Part shown: one piece after another, positions 47,157-56,565 of the stretch
Layout: each line of letters starts with the position of its first letter
Numbering within the stretch: the first letter of the stretch is position 1
Virus record (IMG/VR): IMGVR_UViG_3300036770_003016
Length of the DNA: 64,000 nt
Source of the DNA: a virus
Strand: one strand, 5' to 3'
Position numbers and translations under genes: made by a program
Notes under the pieces: generated by a model
What the model saw: the letters and a program-made list of their open reading frames with translations, nothing else
Databases searched by the model: none
Told to the model about the DNA's origin: nothing

Positions 47157-47206
47157 AGTCGCAGGTTAGAAACATGTCTGAAAGGCGACTGTTCTCTCAG
47201 ACATGT
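47157..47206 (-). promoter_or_regulatory. Predicted H-type pseudoknot in the 5' leader of the HTH gene
   Basis: 13-bp stem ACAUGUCUGAGAG/CUUUCAGACAUGU; loop AGUCGC complementary to downstream GCGACU. Confidence 0.6.
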
Positions 47207-47210
47207 GTAC

Positions 47211-47239
47211 ATCATACTACAGGGTCATACATTTGTCAA
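47211..47239 (-). promoter_or_regulatory. Sigma70-type promoter
   Basis: TTGACA-17 nt-TATGAT. Confidence 0.75.
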
Positions 47240-47255
47240 TACTTTTTAAGGCAAA

Positions 47256-48440
47256 TTAGAAAGGAATATCTTCTTTGCCAATCTCTTCAGGCACAGGTTG
47301 TGTTTGTGTCATCAGAGTTTCAGTGTTGGCACCGGCATCTACTTTAGTGTAGAGATCAAGGAAAGAAATCTTTGTATCATCATCGAAACGATTCAAACAA
47401 AGCGTAATTGCCTTAATGCGATCTCCGAACACAGAGTAGGTCTTGGCAATATGCACAAGACGGCGAGTGGAAATCACTTCGTCAACACCGCCTTCAACAA
47501 AGGTTTTGCGAATGACTTCTGCCCAAGTAACAAGTTTCTGAGCAAATTCATCATCAGCACGACCAAGAGATTCAAGTTCTTTCTTAAGAATCTTTTGTTC
47601 AGTTTTGTTGGAAGGCCATTCTTGTTCGTAAGTATTGAGAAAACGCTCAAGAAATGCTTCGTTCAGAACATTGGTGAACATGTAACGACCATCTTCTGAA
47701 CCTTTACCTTTTGTGTTCGCAGTGGCAACAACTGTAAAACCAGGTGCAGGTTGAATCAGTTCATTCTTCTTTTTAAGCAAGAATGGTTTGCCTTCAAGAA
47801 CACGCTGCAAACTGGAAAGGTTTTGTGAACCGTAGTCAATCTCATCAATACAGAGTACTGCACCTTGACGAGCAGCAACAGTCACAGGACCATCACGCCA
47901 TTCCATTTGACCATTGATCAAAACGAAATTACCGAACAGATCACTTTCATCAGTTTCAGGTGTCATAGAGACGCAAACGAATTTGCGTTTTAGTTTGGCA
48001 CAAGCCTGTTCAACAGACATTGTTTTACCATTACCTGATTGACCAGTAATGAAGATCGGATAGAATCGATTCGAACCGATGATCGAAACGAGATCGTCAA
48101 AATGACCGAACGGTACATAATTTTTGTATACATTCGGTACAAGGTTTTCGACCTCAAGATCAGTCACAACCGAACTGATACGATTTTTAGAAGTTTGCAT
48201 AGGAATAACCTGAGCTTGCATTTCAATAGTTACGGGAGCAGCTGTTGCAGGTTTTGCAACAGCAGTGGGTACTTTATATAGTCCACGCTTCAGACGATTT
48301 TGTTCGTCACTGGTAAACCATTGAATACTTCCAATTCCTACTTTTTTGGCAACATCTTTGACTTCAGTACGAGTCAAAGAAGTTTTACCGGTTGCAACAA
48401 GGGCGTCAATGAAAAGTTGGCGATTAATAGTGCGAGGCAT
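47256..48440 (-). CDS. cobS: MoxR/CobS-like AAA+ ATPase
   Basis: GQSGNGKT, IDEID, TANTKGKG, NEAFLERF, ISTRRL. Confidence 0.88.
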   Translation of the reverse strand: MPRTINRQLFIDALVATGKTSLTRTEVKDVAKKVGIGSIQWFTSDEQNRLKRGLYKVPTAVAKPATAAPVTIEMQAQVIPMQTSKNRISSVVTDLEVENLVPNVYKNYVPFGHFDDLVSIIGSNRFYPIFITGQSGNGKTMSVEQACAKLKRKFVCVSMTPETDESDLFGNFVLINGQMEWRDGPVTVAARQGAVLCIDEIDYGSQNLSSLQRVLEGKPFLLKKKNELIQPAPGFTVVATANTKGKGSEDGRYMFTNVLNEAFLERFLNTYEQEWPSNKTEQKILKKELESLGRADDEFAQKLVTWAEVIRKTFVEGGVDEVISTRRLVHIAKTYSVFGDRIKAITLCLNRFDDDTKISFLDLYTKVDAGANTETLMTQTQPVPEEIGKEDIPF

Positions 48441-48471
48441 AATATAGAACTCCTATCAAAGTATATAAAAC

Positions 48472-48525
48472 ATTATAACGAAAAAAGGGGGAATTGTCAA
48501 CCCCCTCTGTTGTATAAAAACAACA
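48472..48525 (-). promoter_or_regulatory. Early promoter with upstream palindrome, copy 1
   Basis: TGTTGTTTTTATACAACA-7 nt-TTGACA-17 nt-TATAAT. Confidence 0.85.
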
Positions 48526-48527
48526 CT

Positions 48528-50765
48528 CTAGACCGCAATCCCATCAATGAATTTAGAGACTAGGACACGGCTTACTTGGCGTTTTTGATTGTGTTTCAGA
48601 AACGCATTGGCAAGTTTTGATGCAGTAACTTTGCCTTCTACAGTAAAATCTTCATCTTCAATCTTAAGGTCTTTGCCACCAGAAATCAGAAAGAACTTAT
48701 TGTAACCAGGTTTGTACGAGATCAAAAGTTTTTCTTTCTTGAATTCTTTCACAAGAAGATTCACTTTCTCTTTAGATGATTCCCAATCTTTGTAAATGGA
48801 ACGATTGTTCAGATCAATACCTTTTTCATCAACATAGTGATCACGAATCATAGCTGGAATAGTAGAACGACTACCAGAAGAAACAAAGAAACCGAAAATC
48901 TTTGAACCAGTTTTATCTGAATACCAGTTCATGATCTGTGGTTGAATATCTTCTGATTGTTTAATCTGATATTCTTTCTTAGTAGTCTTGTCAACAATAA
49001 AGACATTGGTGTATGAGTAACTAATACCGTTTACTTGCCAAGACTTTTCGATGGTAGGGTTGTAGTAGTAACTGCAAAAATCAGAATCACCATCGTGAAT
49101 CAAAACGGTGTTTACAATGTCAAGATTGTTCACTTTGCGAAACTCGTTAGTGAGGTCAGAAAGAGCAATCATAGCCTGATTCATTGGTGTATTACTCAAT
49201 GATTCAGACATTGCAGCAGTAAACAAACGATCAGGGCCATACGAATTCATCAATTGAACCATGTTACGAAGTACTTTAGTGTACTCTGAATTGGACATTT
49301 TAGAATTCATATACTCACGCAAAAATACGGTACCCATTTGAAGTTCTTTCGGGTTCATACTAAAGCAAGTAATACGCTCTTTAGCATTAGGCGAAAACTC
49401 ATTCGGAAAGTCACAAGTATTACGAACGAGAACTTGATCACCGAAACCGTAAACGACAAAGGGAATATTCACTTTGCGGCAAAATGATGTAAGCACAAGA
49501 ATCTGTTCAATAGAACCAGCCATGTTCTCAGTCATAGAACCAGAACGATCAAGAAGAAGCACAAGACCGTGCGATTTACCTTTGGGTACACGCATTACTT
49601 TACGGAAGATATTGTCATCTACCTGATATTTGTAAATGCGAGATACATCAATATCACCAGTGTTCGCAACTTTTGCCTTTGCAAAACGAGATGCAGCCTT
49701 CTTCATCTCAAATTCTTTGACAAGAAGCGAAACATATTTCTCATTGCGTTTCTTGAACTCTTGAATCAAAGACTCAAGTTTGCACTTTTGTGCATCAGAG
49801 AATCGTGCATTACGATCTTGTTCGATCTGCTCATGAACTCGTTTTGCAGGTGTGACAATCTGTTTCATAACAGGTTTTGGTAATGTCAGATACAGATAGT
49901 CTTTTGATTTGGCATCAAGAAGATCACCCTCACGATTACGAAAGTTATCGTCAGTTTCACAAGTAGGTTCATCAAAAGAATCACAAGGCGATGAATCTTT
50001 GAAACGATTGATTTGATTGCCTTCTTCATCAATATCATCATCACCATCGTCATCAGTATCGCCTTCAGCTTTACCTTGACCTTCAACATCTTCTGATTCG
50101 TCATAATCATCACCGAAAGATTCGCCGTCATCTGATTCTTCACCTTCAGAGAATTCAGCATCATCCATAGGTGAATCATAATTGAAATTGAATTGTTCTT
50201 CTTGTTCTTTCTTGGAATAATCCCAGACTTCACCAGTGATTTTGATTACATCATCCCAGGTTTCACAAGCACGAACACGGTCAACCAAATCTTTTTCTTC
50301 TGCACCAAAAGTAACAGGCAGAGTATAGTCAGATTTAGTATAGAGATTCAAACGGTTAATGAAAGACAGATCATTGATATCTTTGTTTCCAATACCAAAG
50401 AAGTCTTGATCTATTAGAGTTTTGTATGCACGGACAAAAGAAGGACGCAAACCAGGATACTTGCGTTTGATTTTCTTCTCAATACGGGCATCTTCAATAA
50501 CATTCAAAAATGCTTTGAAATTCTTACCATTGTCACAAACGGCATCATGCCAACCTTGTGCAGGTGTATAAAGAGCGTGACCGACTTCATGACCCATCAA
50601 AAGGTCATAAAGATCGCCACTCATATCTTTCCAAATGGGACAGTATAGAACACGGTTCTTAGGATCAAATGCAGCCGTATTCATTTTACGGTGTTCAATA
50701 CGAATATTCTCGGTCGCAAGCAATTTAGCTAGCTGAGATTTAGTTTGGGAAGTAAAAGTAGTCAT
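48528..50765 (-). CDS. CobT-like protein: N-terminal HExxH peptidase-like domain, acidic linker, VWA domain
   Basis: HEVGHAL, NVIEDARIE, LLDRSGSM (MIDAS), TP, HDGD. Confidence 0.85.
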   Translation of the reverse strand: MTTFTSQTKSQLAKLLATENIRIEHRKMNTAAFDPKNRVLYCPIWKDMSGDLYDLLMGHEVGHALYTPAQGWHDAVCDNGKNFKAFLNVIEDARIEKKIKRKYPGLRPSFVRAYKTLIDQDFFGIGNKDINDLSFINRLNLYTKSDYTLPVTFGAEEKDLVDRVRACETWDDVIKITGEVWDYSKKEQEEQFNFNYDSPMDDAEFSEGEESDDGESFGDDYDESEDVEGQGKAEGDTDDDGDDDIDEEGNQINRFKDSSPCDSFDEPTCETDDNFRNREGDLLDAKSKDYLYLTLPKPVMKQIVTPAKRVHEQIEQDRNARFSDAQKCKLESLIQEFKKRNEKYVSLLVKEFEMKKAASRFAKAKVANTGDIDVSRIYKYQVDDNIFRKVMRVPKGKSHGLVLLLDRSGSMTENMAGSIEQILVLTSFCRKVNIPFVVYGFGDQVLVRNTCDFPNEFSPNAKERITCFSMNPKELQMGTVFLREYMNSKMSNSEYTKVLRNMVQLMNSYGPDRLFTAAMSESLSNTPMNQAMIALSDLTNEFRKVNNLDIVNTVLIHDGDSDFCSYYYNPTIEKSWQVNGISYSYTNVFIVDKTTKKEYQIKQSEDIQPQIMNWYSDKTGSKIFGFFVSSGSRSTIPAMIRDHYVDEKGIDLNNRSIYKDWESSKEKVNLLVKEFKKEKLLISYKPGYNKFFLISGGKDLKIEDEDFTVEGKVTASKLANAFLKHNQKRQVSRVLVSKFIDGIAV

Positions 50766-50790
50766 AACAGTTCCTATCGAATATACGACT

Positions 50791-50843
50791 ATTATATCAG
50801 AAATGGGGGAATTGTCAATACGAGATGTTGTATAAAAACAACA
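50791..50843 (-). promoter_or_regulatory. Early promoter with upstream palindrome, copy 2
   Basis: TGTTGTTTTTATACAACA-7 nt-TTGACA-16 nt-TATAAT with TGn extension. Confidence 0.85.
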
Positions 50844-50879
50844 GTACTGCTACTATATATTGTAGTAAGTTAGTACTCA

Positions 50880-52457
50880 CTAACCCTTGTAAAATACGAA
50901 AATCGGTTCATATTTGAGCCAGAGACCGTTTACTTTACAGAAGTTTTTAGATTTTGGCAACCCCGTTTCGGCATCAACTCTGTTACCACCAGGCATTTGT
51001 GCCAAACTCATTTTAAGTTTGCCTTTGTATTGCATACCTAAAGATTGCAAAATATCGATAGAGTCTTGTTCAAGAGGCAACATTTCTCCACCAAATTCTG
51101 CATCGGCAATATTCCAAAGAAGATACCGATCTGATGCAAGCCATTCGACACAAGTTTCTAATGTCTTGCGAAGAAAACCTTCTCTCCACAATTCATACTG
51201 ATTGAATTTCTTGTATGACTGTTCGGCATCTTGTGAGTATGCTTCTTTTGCAAAATATGGTGGAGAAGTAAATATCAAATCAAGTTTACCTTTATACTTC
51301 TGAAAGTTTTTGTTCTTGTGTATTTCTTCTGAACCTAATTGGTAAATTTCATATGTGTGTGTCTTAGGAAACAAACCTACTGCACGATATGTTTTTGTAT
51401 TGAAGAAATCAGCAAACTCATGGTACTTAGTTCTACCATTCTCTGTATTGTGATCTGTATTTGGATCAGTACCAATGTAGTGAATGTTTCTTGCATCATC
51501 TACAGATAGAGCTCCAAGTAAACGACCACCCCAACCAGAAGATGGATCATAGATGTTTATTTGTTCTTGTGCCTTAATATGTTCAGTATATCTTTCATAC
51601 AGATATTTTGCAGTCAGTGGGGGAAAGTTTACTGCATATTGACAAAAAGAAACACGAAAGGCTTTAAATCCTACAGGAAATATTTTACTTCCCTTTTTGA
51701 ACAAACGAATACGAAATGTTTGAGCCTCTTTATGATCAACATTTGTTTTGCATTGATCAGGTACATTTAGTTTGAGAAGATCGTTCTTTGAAATCAAAAC
51801 ATACTTTTGATTCTTTAGTTCTTCACAATAACCAGTGTACTCATTATCACCAGATGTTCCTTCAAACCAGTAATCATGTGTATCGTACTTACGAGCTGTT
51901 GTTTCGAACCACTCAACAAAACTTTCAACAGATGTTACTTTGAATGGTACAGAACCTATGTTCGAAATTACTTGACCTTCTTTTACTGGTGTTGAATGAC
52001 TGTAGAAAGAATCTCTTTTGAAATGTCGTGATGCATATGTAACAAATGTTTCAAGCAATTCATCTTTGGCAAAGTAATCATAGATTGATTTGCCTTTCTC
52101 AACATCTTTCGTATAGTTGATCTTTGTTTTCATCATGGTTGGAAACCATTGATTAACAGCATTACCAGTAATACTAGTGTTACGAATTACATCTAACTCA
52201 TTTGTCAATTCATCTTTCATAAGAAACTTATGGACAGGATATGTTGACATCTCATTGAACTGATCAATGATCTCATTCTCATTACAGCCTACTCTTGGTG
52301 GTTGTCCTTGTTCATCCCAAAGACGAACTACTTCCTTTCGCATATCAATTACCCATTGACGAAAATCATCCATAGACATCCATAGAATCTCTTCAAATGA
52401 TTTGTTAAGGCTTGAATTTAGAAAGTCGGTATTTCGTTCGTAAAAATATTTTGTCAT
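50880..52457 (-). CDS. SAM-dependent amino-methyltransferase (N6A/N4C-type), copy 2
   Basis: YDPSSGWGGRL, GTDPN, FTSPPYF. Confidence 0.8.
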   Translation of the reverse strand: MTKYFYERNTDFLNSSLNKSFEEILWMSMDDFRQWVIDMRKEVVRLWDEQGQPPRVGCNENEIIDQFNEMSTYPVHKFLMKDELTNELDVIRNTSITGNAVNQWFPTMMKTKINYTKDVEKGKSIYDYFAKDELLETFVTYASRHFKRDSFYSHSTPVKEGQVISNIGSVPFKVTSVESFVEWFETTARKYDTHDYWFEGTSGDNEYTGYCEELKNQKYVLISKNDLLKLNVPDQCKTNVDHKEAQTFRIRLFKKGSKIFPVGFKAFRVSFCQYAVNFPPLTAKYLYERYTEHIKAQEQINIYDPSSGWGGRLLGALSVDDARNIHYIGTDPNTDHNTENGRTKYHEFADFFNTKTYRAVGLFPKTHTYEIYQLGSEEIHKNKNFQKYKGKLDLIFTSPPYFAKEAYSQDAEQSYKKFNQYELWREGFLRKTLETCVEWLASDRYLLWNIADAEFGGEMLPLEQDSIDILQSLGMQYKGKLKMSLAQMPGGNRVDAETGLPKSKNFCKVNGLWLKYEPIFVFYKG

Positions 52458-52579
52458 ATCTATATCACTTCTGGTTGTGTCATTTTTTTATACATAATTA
52501 TTTAGGAGGAACAAATGAACTCACTCATTATAACACTATTGTTGAACACAACGCAAGCACCACCACCGGTAGTAATTAA

Positions 52580-53044
52580 TCAACCAGTAGTTACCGAAGA
52601 AAAATCAGCATGTGCTGGAGATGAATAGAGGTAGACAACACCTGGTATCTTACCGTCAGACCAACTAATCATGCCGACTTCTTTCATACCGTTTTTACCA
52701 TAGAACAATCTTGCTCTAAGATTTTCGGCACGAACTGTAAGCCAAACATTCGTTTTCATTTCGGCAAAAAATTTTTGTAATACTTTAGACGCAACACCAT
52801 TGCCTTGTTCTAAGGTAACAATTTGACCAATGTGTGCATCACCTTTTTGAGCTTCAGTGTTGCCTATCTTTTGTTTTCTTTTATACACACCAAAGATGAT
52901 CACTACTCCATCTTCATAAACCACATTACCACTTTGAATCTTTCTTGCAATGTAATCAGAACGAATGTGTGGAAAATATGTTTTTTGATATGGTGCAAAA
53001 GTAAGTTTTACAGAATCTAAATTTTCAAGTGTTGCAATTTTCAT
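52580..53044 (-). CDS. GNAT acetyltransferase
   Basis: QGNGVAS acetyl-CoA loop, LTVRAEN.RA..FY.KNGM. Confidence 0.85.
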   Translation of the reverse strand: MKIATLENLDSVKLTFAPYQKTYFPHIRSDYIARKIQSGNVVYEDGVVIIFGVYKRKQKIGNTEAQKGDAHIGQIVTLEQGNGVASKVLQKFFAEMKTNVWLTVRAENLRARLFYGKNGMKEVGMISWSDGKIPGVVYLYSSPAHADFSSVTTG

Positions 53045-53649
53045 TCTAGAATTAATTTCCTAATTGTTGGGTTTGAATAGCAGTCGACTACTAAATGTAG
53101 TCGATCTTGATCCCATGTGTTATGTACTTCATGAGCTTTGGTCACATCTGCATAGTAGTAATGGCCTTTCTCAAAAAAGAAGTCGATCTTTTCTTTTCCT
53201 TCATACAAAGAGAAGATAACTTTGGGATCAGTTTTGATTGGAATGTGTATACGAACAATTTGTCCATCATCAAATCCAATACTCTTATCTATCTTATCGG
53301 TATGTTTTTCTATCTTAGTACCTGCCTTCAAACGCATCACACGAACTCGTTCAAAGGTTGCAGGTATTTTATATAGTATTTCATTTAAGGCTTGCATCTC
53401 TGGTAATCTTCTCAGAGAAGTATCTTGTAGTTCTGATTCATCAATACCTGACTTTAATACACCAGGTTTTAAAATATTTTCTGGATCAGAACTATAACCT
53501 CTCAACGAGATAGCTTCCCAATTACCATCATTGTATTTTGTCTTAACTAAAGACAGAGACATGTTTTCAATATACTTTACAGCAATATCAAGTTTATCAT
53601 CACCTTCATACTTTGGTATATTTAATTTTTTAGCAACTGGCCTTTTCAT
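53041..53649 (-). CDS. Aspartyl/asparaginyl beta-hydroxylase-like 2OG oxygenase
   Basis: HTD, RIHIPIKT, HEVHN, RLHLVVD. Confidence 0.85.
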   Translation of the reverse strand: MKRPVAKKLNIPKYEGDDKLDIAVKYIENMSLSLVKTKYNDGNWEAISLRGYSSDPENILKPGVLKSGIDESELQDTSLRRLPEMQALNEILYKIPATFERVRVMRLKAGTKIEKHTDKIDKSIGFDDGQIVRIHIPIKTDPKVIFSLYEGKEKIDFFFEKGHYYYADVTKAHEVHNTWDQDRLHLVVDCYSNPTIRKLILE

Positions 53650-54215
53650 TTGCGTCTCTGTGCCCTTTTAATTATCTTGGTTTGTTTCCTACGACCTTGA
53701 GAAAGAGAAACTTTACCTACTTTAGAAGTAAACTTAACACCGTTCATATGATCTAGTTCATGAAGGTAACATCTTGCAGTCAAACCGTCAAGCCATTTCC
53801 TTTGTACTTGTCCTTGTTCATCAATATATTCTGCATGTACAGACACAGGCCTCTCTACTTTCAAAAACAAACCTGGAAAAGAAAGACAACCTTCATTGTC
53901 CTTGGCAACTCCACCAGAAACTTCTAGTACTTTTGGATTGATACACGCCATCTGAAACTGATCTGTACCAATTACAAACACTCTTTCATATACACCACAT
54001 TGATTTGCAGAAAGACCAACACCACCATACAGTTTCATCGTCATCTTCAATCGTGCAATCAATTTATTCATTACAGGATTAGGTAACTGATCTGTATACT
54101 CAGGTATCTCATCATCTAACATTACATAGTTTTCACCATATAAAGGTAATGGTTCTATTGTCTCTTGTTTCTTAACTACTTCTTCAGAAGTATCAATTGT
54201 TAAAATTTCACTCAT
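53646..54215 (-). CDS. def: Peptide deformylase
   Basis: GVGLSANQ, EGCLS, HELDH. Confidence 0.95.
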   Translation of the reverse strand: MSEILTIDTSEEVVKKQETIEPLPLYGENYVMLDDEIPEYTDQLPNPVMNKLIARLKMTMKLYGGVGLSANQCGVYERVFVIGTDQFQMACINPKVLEVSGGVAKDNEGCLSFPGLFLKVERPVSVHAEYIDEQGQVQRKWLDGLTARCYLHELDHMNGVKFTSKVGKVSLSQGRRKQTKIIKRAQRRK

Positions 54216-55924
54216 TTTATTATCTTTGAAAAATTCTTTACCTTCTCAAAACGAATTACATTACTAAACTTATCTTGTAGTATATCACCTTTATGCGATA
54301 TCACAAAGATATTTACACCTTCTAACATATGTAACAACTTCATCAACTCTTCTGTGCCGTTTGCATCAAGTGAAGAATCAAATGTCTCATCTAGTATCAG
54401 TAGATTTGTATTTGCAGAATTCTTCAGTTTAGCTACAGCACGCCAAGTCAACATCAATGCCATATCAATTCTTTGTTTCTCACCCTCAGAAAAGTTATGG
54501 TACGAAAAATCGTCACGATGTCTGGACTTAATTGATTCTTTAAACGATTCATCAAGGTTAAAGTTTACAAAGAAATCTAGTGACGATAAATACTTGTTTA
54601 CTAACTTATTGATTACTGGCAAGTACTGTTTTATGATTTTGGTTTTGATACCAGTATCTTTTAACAAATTAGAGGATACCTCATAATATGTATTTTCTTG
54701 CAATAATTCTTTTAAGTGCGATTGCTGTTTTATCAAACTCTCCCGTAGTTCTTGCAGCAGTTGTTCTTCTTGCGTGGACGATACTGACGTTGCTTTAAGA
54801 TCAGCAATCATTTTTCTCAAACGATCAATCAATTTATTTGTCTCAGTGATTGTTGTATTTGTCTTTGCAATCTCTACTTGTTTCTCAGTTATCTCTTTCT
54901 GAATATCAGCAATCTCGTTTAACTTAGTCTGTTCTTCATTCAGTTTCTTTTCGAGTTCTGAGAGACCATGTTTGCAACTAGTGACTTTAGCGGAGAGATC
55001 ATTAAGTTCTTCCTCTTTAAATTCACTGGCAATGGTTTGCCTACATGTTGGGCAATTATCATGTGTCTGAAAGAAACTGATATCTTTCTGAAATTTGGAT
55101 AAGTTGCTTTCAATCTGCGATTCAAGTTTTGTAATTTTCTTGACTTTAGCCTCTGTGTCAATTTTACTTGCAGTAACCAATTGCAATCCTCTTGTCTGTT
55201 GGGTAAGTGTTGCAACAGTTTCGAGTAAGGAGGATACGGTATTGCTATGACATTCAATCTCACTTTCATATTCTTTCACCTTGTCTTCATTGTTTTGTTT
55301 CAATTGATCTAGATGTTTCTTCTGTAGATCATACTTCTGTTTGTTCAATTCAAGTTCATGCTTTAAATCAACAATCAAAGTTTTATTGGCAGACAGTCTT
55401 TCTTTCACCAAAGAATTCATTGTAGAAAAGATTTGAATGTCTAACAAGTCTTCAATGATTGCACGGCGATCTGATGCAGACAATTGCATGAAAGGTGTGA
55501 ATGAAGCTGAACCAAGAATTACGATCTGTGTAAATGATTTGTAGTTTAGTTTCAGTACAAATCGTTCAAGGTATTCTTGATAGTCTCTAGATGCCGCATC
55601 TTGATTCAGTAGTTCATTGTTGCAGTAGATTTCAAAAACATTTGGTTTAATACCACGAACAATTTTATATGACTTGTTATTGGTATTAAACTCTAACTCT
55701 ACAACACAATCTTTACCATTGATTGAATTAATCAGATTAGGTTTGTTGATATTGCGAAAGGCTTTACCGAACAATGCAAAACACAATGCATCAAGTAAGG
55801 TTGACTTACCTGATCCATTTGAACCCACTATCAATGTATTGGCGTTAGTGTTAAGATTAACTTCTGTAAAGTGATTGCCTGTTGATAGTAAGTTTTTCCA
55901 TTTAATTGTTCGGAATATAATCAT
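54212..55924 (-). CDS. 46: Recombination endonuclease ATPase subunit (gp46, Rad50/SbcC-like)
   Basis: GSNGSGKS, CPTC hook, FSEGE, LDETFD. Confidence 0.97.
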   Translation of the reverse strand: MIIFRTIKWKNLLSTGNHFTEVNLNTNANTLIVGSNGSGKSTLLDALCFALFGKAFRNINKPNLINSINGKDCVVELEFNTNNKSYKIVRGIKPNVFEIYCNNELLNQDAASRDYQEYLERFVLKLNYKSFTQIVILGSASFTPFMQLSASDRRAIIEDLLDIQIFSTMNSLVKERLSANKTLIVDLKHELELNKQKYDLQKKHLDQLKQNNEDKVKEYESEIECHSNTVSSLLETVATLTQQTRGLQLVTASKIDTEAKVKKITKLESQIESNLSKFQKDISFFQTHDNCPTCRQTIASEFKEEELNDLSAKVTSCKHGLSELEKKLNEEQTKLNEIADIQKEITEKQVEIAKTNTTITETNKLIDRLRKMIADLKATSVSSTQEEQLLQELRESLIKQQSHLKELLQENTYYEVSSNLLKDTGIKTKIIKQYLPVINKLVNKYLSSLDFFVNFNLDESFKESIKSRHRDDFSYHNFSEGEKQRIDMALMLTWRAVAKLKNSANTNLLILDETFDSSLDANGTEELMKLLHMLEGVNIFVISHKGDILQDKFSNVIRFEKVKNFSKIIK

Positions 55925-56565
55925 ATTTTATTTTTACAATTATCAAAATGATATCTTTTCATCGAGTTAGAACCACCAGTTTTTTTACAATGTGGACATT
56001 CAATAGTTTCATATTTTAATCCTTTATTATAGGGTATTTGACCTTTGTGGGCATTACTCATATTTGTTCTTGATTTATCAGAATGAATTCGTCCTCTATT
56101 GTATGTGTGTCCTAAATGTGCCAATCTATTTTTTTCTTTAGATTCTTCAGAATGTTTTTTGCCAGCAATCCAAGGTTTTTGACCTTTTTTTCCTTTTGAA
56201 ATATTTTCTTTCCATTCATCAGTAAAATTTCTTTTTTGTCCTATTAATTTATTTCTTCTCTTTTCTATTGTTTCTGGTTTTTGTTTTTTGCCAGTTAGTT
56301 TTTTAACAATTTTTTCTATTGCTTCAGGTTTTTTCTTTTTTCCCAAATGCGTTTTTCTTTGAATTTCTCTGATTATATCTTCTTTTCCTATTCTTCCACT
56401 CAAAGCTTTCCAAGCAATTTCATCTTGCCAACATCCATGATTTTCCCAAAGCAATTTATGTGCTTCAGCGTGTTCTTCTATTGTCAATTCAACAATATTT
56501 GATGGGTCATCGGTTCCACCCATATGTTTAGGTATAATATGATGTTTATGAGTTTTGATCGACAT
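55921..56565 (-). mobile_element. Free-standing HNH homing endonuclease with NUMOD3-like repeats
   Basis: HKHHIIPKHMGG.D...N...LT.EEHAEAH; KKHSEESK repeats; inserted between 47 and 46. Confidence 0.9.

Noticed and set aside
47256-50765. Cobalamin biosynthesis role for the cobS/cobT-like pair
   Set aside because: No cobN or other cob genes in the window; a MoxR-VWA chaperone role is the more conservative reading
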